A stretch of DNA of 58,653 bases, counting the filler, from Catajapyx aquilonaris (Eukaryota): assembly GCA_000934665.2 (NCBI GenBank). It is 2 parts of 2 records of this genome, joined end to end, with 100 filler letters (N's around TTAATTAATTAA, not from the genome) between each part and the next. Parts side by side here need not be neighbours in the genome. Positions count along the whole stretch, not along the records: positions 29,378 to 58,653 come from JYFJ02004820.1; 1 more part is not named here. One strand, 5' to 3'. Positions 54,601 to 58,653 of this stretch are shown here, piece by piece. Below the pieces are notes generated by a model. That model was not told the origin of the DNA. It did no database searches and worked only from the letters and a program-made list of their open reading frames with translations. Within the stretch, counting starts at the first letter, position 1, and the number at the start of each line of letters is the position of its first letter. A program made the position numbers and the translations under genes.

Positions 54601-57600
54601 GAGATCACTAGTATTCTACGTGTATGCCAGCGACAAGTTCTCCAATACATTGATCGGAGAAGCGGAGATCAAGATGTGCGACGTCAACGTCAGACAGCCG
54701 GCAACCACATGGCTCACTCTCACCGACACGGGACAGGCGAGTAACCTTCTGCTACTCAATGTACAGGGTGTCTAATAGCGACTTGGGTACGATGAACTTA
54801 CCCTAACAATACGATTAATCATCATGAAACACCCTGTAGATAGTGTAGAAAGAAAGACCCAAGTTTGAACGTTTATTGACGCAGCAGATACTATCGGATT
54901 CAAAAGGTCAGAAGCCTTCAGTTTAACAACCATAAAAAGCAAAAAAAAAAAAGTATCAAAAGTGAATCTTGATCATAATTACTTCACAGTGTAATGGGAG
55001 GTCGTAAGGCTTCAGAGTAGAAGTCCATCAGACACTTATTGATGGCTACGAGTTTTTTATTGAGTGTAATATCCTAGTTTTACTGCAACGGATCCCTTTT
55101 CCTTACGACTATAGCAGCGTTTGAATCTCATTTCGCGTACTCGTAAAAATTGTACGGTACACGAATTTGATAACCCGTACCCGAATAATGTAAAAGTTAC
55201 GACACCAGACATTGATGTATTTAAAAGTCACATCCCCACTAAAGCAAGTAATCAACTACCAATTGTTAAAACCAATTATCAGCTGATTGGATTCAAATTG
55301 AAATCGTAATGTTCTTTATGGCGAACCGCATGTCATACGTTTCAATTACGTTGTAATACGAACAAACAGTCCAATAATAATTCACCTGCAGTATATTTTT
55401 GGCATGAAATGAGAAGACAAACACAGAACGTGACTGGATTCAAGCTTGATTTGGCAGCAAATATACTTTTTTCTTTGTTTCATTCTGACGATGAAGACGT
55501 TTCCTAAGGGCGTCAAATTACATTTGAGAGCTGGAGCTTTTGTTTCGCTGCACAGTTAGAAACCAACCCAAGGGCACTACAGTGTGAGTTTCAACATCCG
55601 GACCAACCCTTCTCTCTAATCAATATCGGCTGGCTGATGCCTTCACCATCAACCAGCCTACATTTTATCTGACATTCCCTTGGAAAATGCATAGACCAAG
55701 TATACACTGGGCCTCAAAGGGGATTCGTACAGAAATTTAGTTAAGCTTTTCCAATTCGAAATGCTTTGGATTATTCTGCTGATAATTCTCTTTTAATCAG
55801 CAAACCATATTTTTTAACTCCGATATTAATTTTTTGTGAAATACCTAGTTTTTTTTGTATGTCAATATGAAGAGAGTGGATTTGGCTGCATATTTTCATC
55901 AGGAAGGCTCGTTAACCATTCCGGCCAATTAAAAAGGTCGCGAGTACCACTCATTACGGAGGTCATGGCTTTGAATAGTGTGTGCAAATATGTGATTCCA
56001 AATTACTGCGGTAACAACCTGCTCTTGTGTAAGGTATGTTCAAATATTCAGTGTTACAAAGTAAGTATTTTATGAATTAATTTATTCTCAATTGAGTGGC
56101 TGTTGAAATTCCTTCTTTGGTTGATTCAATTGTTAATTTTTTAAATATTTGGTTTCAGTTTATGCTCAAAATAAAGGAAATATTAATAATTATTGGTCTG
56201 TTGAACGAGAAACACAAAAATCCTTATATGCTAAATTATGATGAAAATAATAATGAAAATATTGTAATTTGAAAGATATTTGGACAATACTTTGAATTTT
56301 TATTTGTTAATTTATTTATTTAATGACAACAAAATGGCTGTACGTCATTTCTGCTTACAGTGTGATGAACTTGAGAATGAGCAGGTATTCCCGTAACTAG
56401 TTAGGGAAACAGTAGACAGCAGCTGATTGGAACTTGTCCGTTTTAATCACTCTCGCAACCGCGCGCTTAGTCAACAGTTCCCATTACGTTTCCCACCATC
56501 ACTAGCTGCTGCCGGTTGCATTCGGTAAACATCCTTCTATGATTAATTATATTTGTGCGCCCATATTCGGTCTGGCCCCAACAGTAAATCTAATCAGCTT
56601 TCGCCTAATGAAACGCCCATCCACTTACAAATATCCGCTAAATTAGAGACGATGCTCTCTGAATCCGGGGGACTAGTTCAGGGTTAAAAACATCCGGATG
56701 ATTAAACCTTCCCATTTTCCTATTAACACCCAATGACTCCTTCTGACATTTTGACCTTTCCAGGTGAACCCTATAGATATTATTTGTGCTAAACCAGGTT
56801 TGAAAAAAAAACTCGTGCAGAAAATGCGGCTCCCCGTTTAAGATCGGGTTTAACGTTCGGCTGGCTTCCAACCTGATTATTTTTCTCGTGTAAGCCCGTC
56901 AGCAAATGTTCACAGAGAAGCTCATTTTGTCGCCATAACGCCATTAAAAGAGCATCAAAATTTCCTTTTTGCCACCGTCGAAAATTTAATTTGCGTTTGC
57001 TTTTACGTAGAACAATAATCTTAATCTTCGAAAATCACATTTAATGGCTGTAGCGTCCCGATATAGAAATCCAGACTTATCTGGGTTAATACATTGGCTG
57101 GTGTACCTGCAAAGAGGTGGGAAGGGTCAGCACATGCCAAGAATTCCTTACACTTGGAGTGTATAAATATTCTGGCTACTTGTGATTCTTCCCATGGACT
57201 CATGCTGGTCACGAGCTGCCGTCAAATTCCCTTCAAGGCTGCTGACATGTGAAAGCTCAGGCATGTTGGAGGGGGGGACCGGGTTTGTGTGTAGCAAAGA
57301 AAGAAGAGGAGGCCCAGTTGTTGGTGGTATCAATAATGGATGGTGGTGTGTCTGTCACTTCCCACAGAGAGGAGGAGAGCTGGGAGAGATCATGTTCTCC
57401 TTGAGCTACCTTCCGACGGCCGAGAGACTTACAGTCGTGGTGGTCAAGGCGAGGAACCTGAGATTCGCACACCACAGGGAGACTGGAGATCCCTTTGTCA
57501 AGGTTAGTCGTGCACTTCCACTCGCAGGACACTGATAGTGGCAGCACTGAGCAGAGAGGGAGGATGCGCCATCTATGAGAAGAGTGTGGTACTATGTGGA

Positions 57601-58155
57601 CAGTCGCGGGCCCAGACCCAGTTTTGGCAATAAATAATCGAAATATAAATAGCATGTGTCACAGTTCCTCATTGTAGTACGAGTCCATAGATATTACGCA
57701 ATTCCCCGCACTCCAGTAATGTGCTGTAATGCCTTCTAGACAGTCCCCTAAAATTGCATGGCTTGAGCCCCACTTTAATCCTTATAACGACCACCTTGCT
57801 GGCCATTAATATTTCGCGTAGCGTGGGCTTACAAATTATGATGTACGGTGGAGCTGGCATAACTTACGCAGTTGCGTGACGCATTTAACTTGCCGTATCT
57901 CACCTTACGCATTCAGTGTGTTATTATAGGTAAAAATGGTGATTCTACATACTTTGTTACTCTGCCTATTTATTAGGTCGTGTGGTGTCAATTTTGGGTA
58001 TATGACAATTTCAATTGACACATCTTGCTTTCCAGGTGTACCTGGTCCAGAATGGGAAGAAGGTGAGCAAGAAGAAGAGCTCGACGAAAAAGGGTGAGAA
58101 GAGTCCAATCTTCAATGAAGCCATGATCTTCAGCGTTCCAGCACATGCCCTGCAG
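48649..58155 (+). CDS. SYT12: Synaptotagmin-12-like (TM, Pro-rich linker, C2A, C2B), 3'-partial
   Basis: Exons 48649-48831 (TM VLVTLVGVVVIVALIFLAVC), 50431-51173, 54318-54447, 54527-54736 (GC donor), 57368-57502 and 58036-58155 join in frame. The C2B sequence GEIMFSLSYLPTAERLTVVVVKARNL..DPFVKVYLVQNGKKVSKKK..PIFNEAMIFSVP matches SYT12. The gene continues past the window. Confidence 0.9.
51330..51498. mobile_element. DINE-1/Helentron-associated-like element fragment
   Basis: CTGAATCCGAATCCG motif, an (ACAG)n microsatellite and a short terminal hairpin region. Confidence 0.4.
52356..52575 (+). mobile_element. tRNA-derived SINE family B, 3'-truncated copy
   Basis: Aligns with 10812-11035: GTGGCGCTGCGGTAACG, GGTCCCGGGTTCGAT, GTGCAGAGTTGGG, CCACCCGGGGGAG, AGACATTGCA. 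Confidence 0.85.
53881..54032. mobile_element. Short palindromic MITE (about 150 bp) with internal (TG)n
   Basis: Inverted arms of about 57 bp: GTACTATCGGGTTCAAATACTTTTGGCC...GGCCAAAAGTATTTGAACCCTATAGTAC. A related half copy lies at about 6158-6226. Confidence 0.8.
54764..54836. mobile_element. Miniature Tc1/mariner-type element (73 bp)
   Basis: TA|CAGGGTGT...ACACCCTG|TA, the same terminus as the 1883-2444 MITE. Confidence 0.6.
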
Positions 58156-58459
58156 GTTAGGAAATGCGGATGGCTATACCCCGGATTTGTGCTCCTTTGG
58201 GGCAGTAAAAATGATTGAAATTCTGGAGACGCCTCTCATACCCCCCTTTCCCATCTTTTTTTTCTCCTCCTGAACCGTGGGCATATCGAAGAAGAAGAAG
58301 AGAGAGAAACGTGACCATGTTCAGCCTTCCCCAAACGACGACTTATCTTCCAAACTTCATATTCCCATGGGTCGTGTCGTGTCATTCGATGGCTCAATCG
58401 ACAGCCTGAAAGTGCAGGGTGTTCCATCTGGGGTCATAAAATATTGGCCCCACCATATA

Positions 58460-58653
58460 CAGGGTGTATCTGAACTCAGTGCCCCGACGTATATGACTGC
58501 CTTCCTAGCCACCAGAGGATCGATTTAAGTATAGGAATCATTATGTTTGGCCGCCGCATTACTGAGATACGCTCTTTAGCGATTTTTGCCTAATCGCTCC
58601 TTCTGACTTTTAAATAGAATTTTCTGGTGTAACTAGCCAAAGAGGCCTTACCA
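58460..58653. mobile_element. Probable left end of another CAGGGTG-type Tc1/mariner element, cut by the window end
   Basis: TATA|CAGGGTGTATC start. A similar unpaired start lies at about 15848. Confidence 0.4.

Overview
Eukaryotic genomic DNA, probably from an arthropod (inferred from a DRE promoter element, TCAGTT initiators and TTAGG runs). It carries spliced genes that I rebuilt by hand from GT/GC-AG boundaries and reading-frame phase. (1) Two tandem, intact but strongly divergent SLC23/NAT (nucleobase-ascorbate) transporter paralogues, + strand, 750-5872 (5' exons missing) and 7131-11872. Both have lost the TM1 His of the QH motif, the TM8 Glu and the TM10 NAT signature. (2) TM9SF4 (+, 12184-19685). 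(3) A KLF10/11-cabut zinc-finger gene (+, 21655-24877) with a dense CRE/E-box regulatory region. (4) The last two coding exons of CC2D1/l(2)gd1 (-, 26514-26809), which the ORF track misses. (5) An artificial 100-bp scaffold spacer (29278-29377). (6) About 19 kb without recognisable coding sequence, containing a candidate divergent promoter near 38.5 kb. (7) Synaptotagmin-12 (+, 48649 to beyond the window) with a GC-AG intron. Introns and intergenic DNA hold tRNA-derived SINEs (two with visible TSDs), several MITE classes, microsatellites, a perfect 60-bp palindrome and a 181-bp tandem duplication. The best candidates for new biology are the signature-less SLC23 pair and the apparently de novo palindrome in the duplicated 3' flank. 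No database searches were run; family assignments come from recalled motifs.
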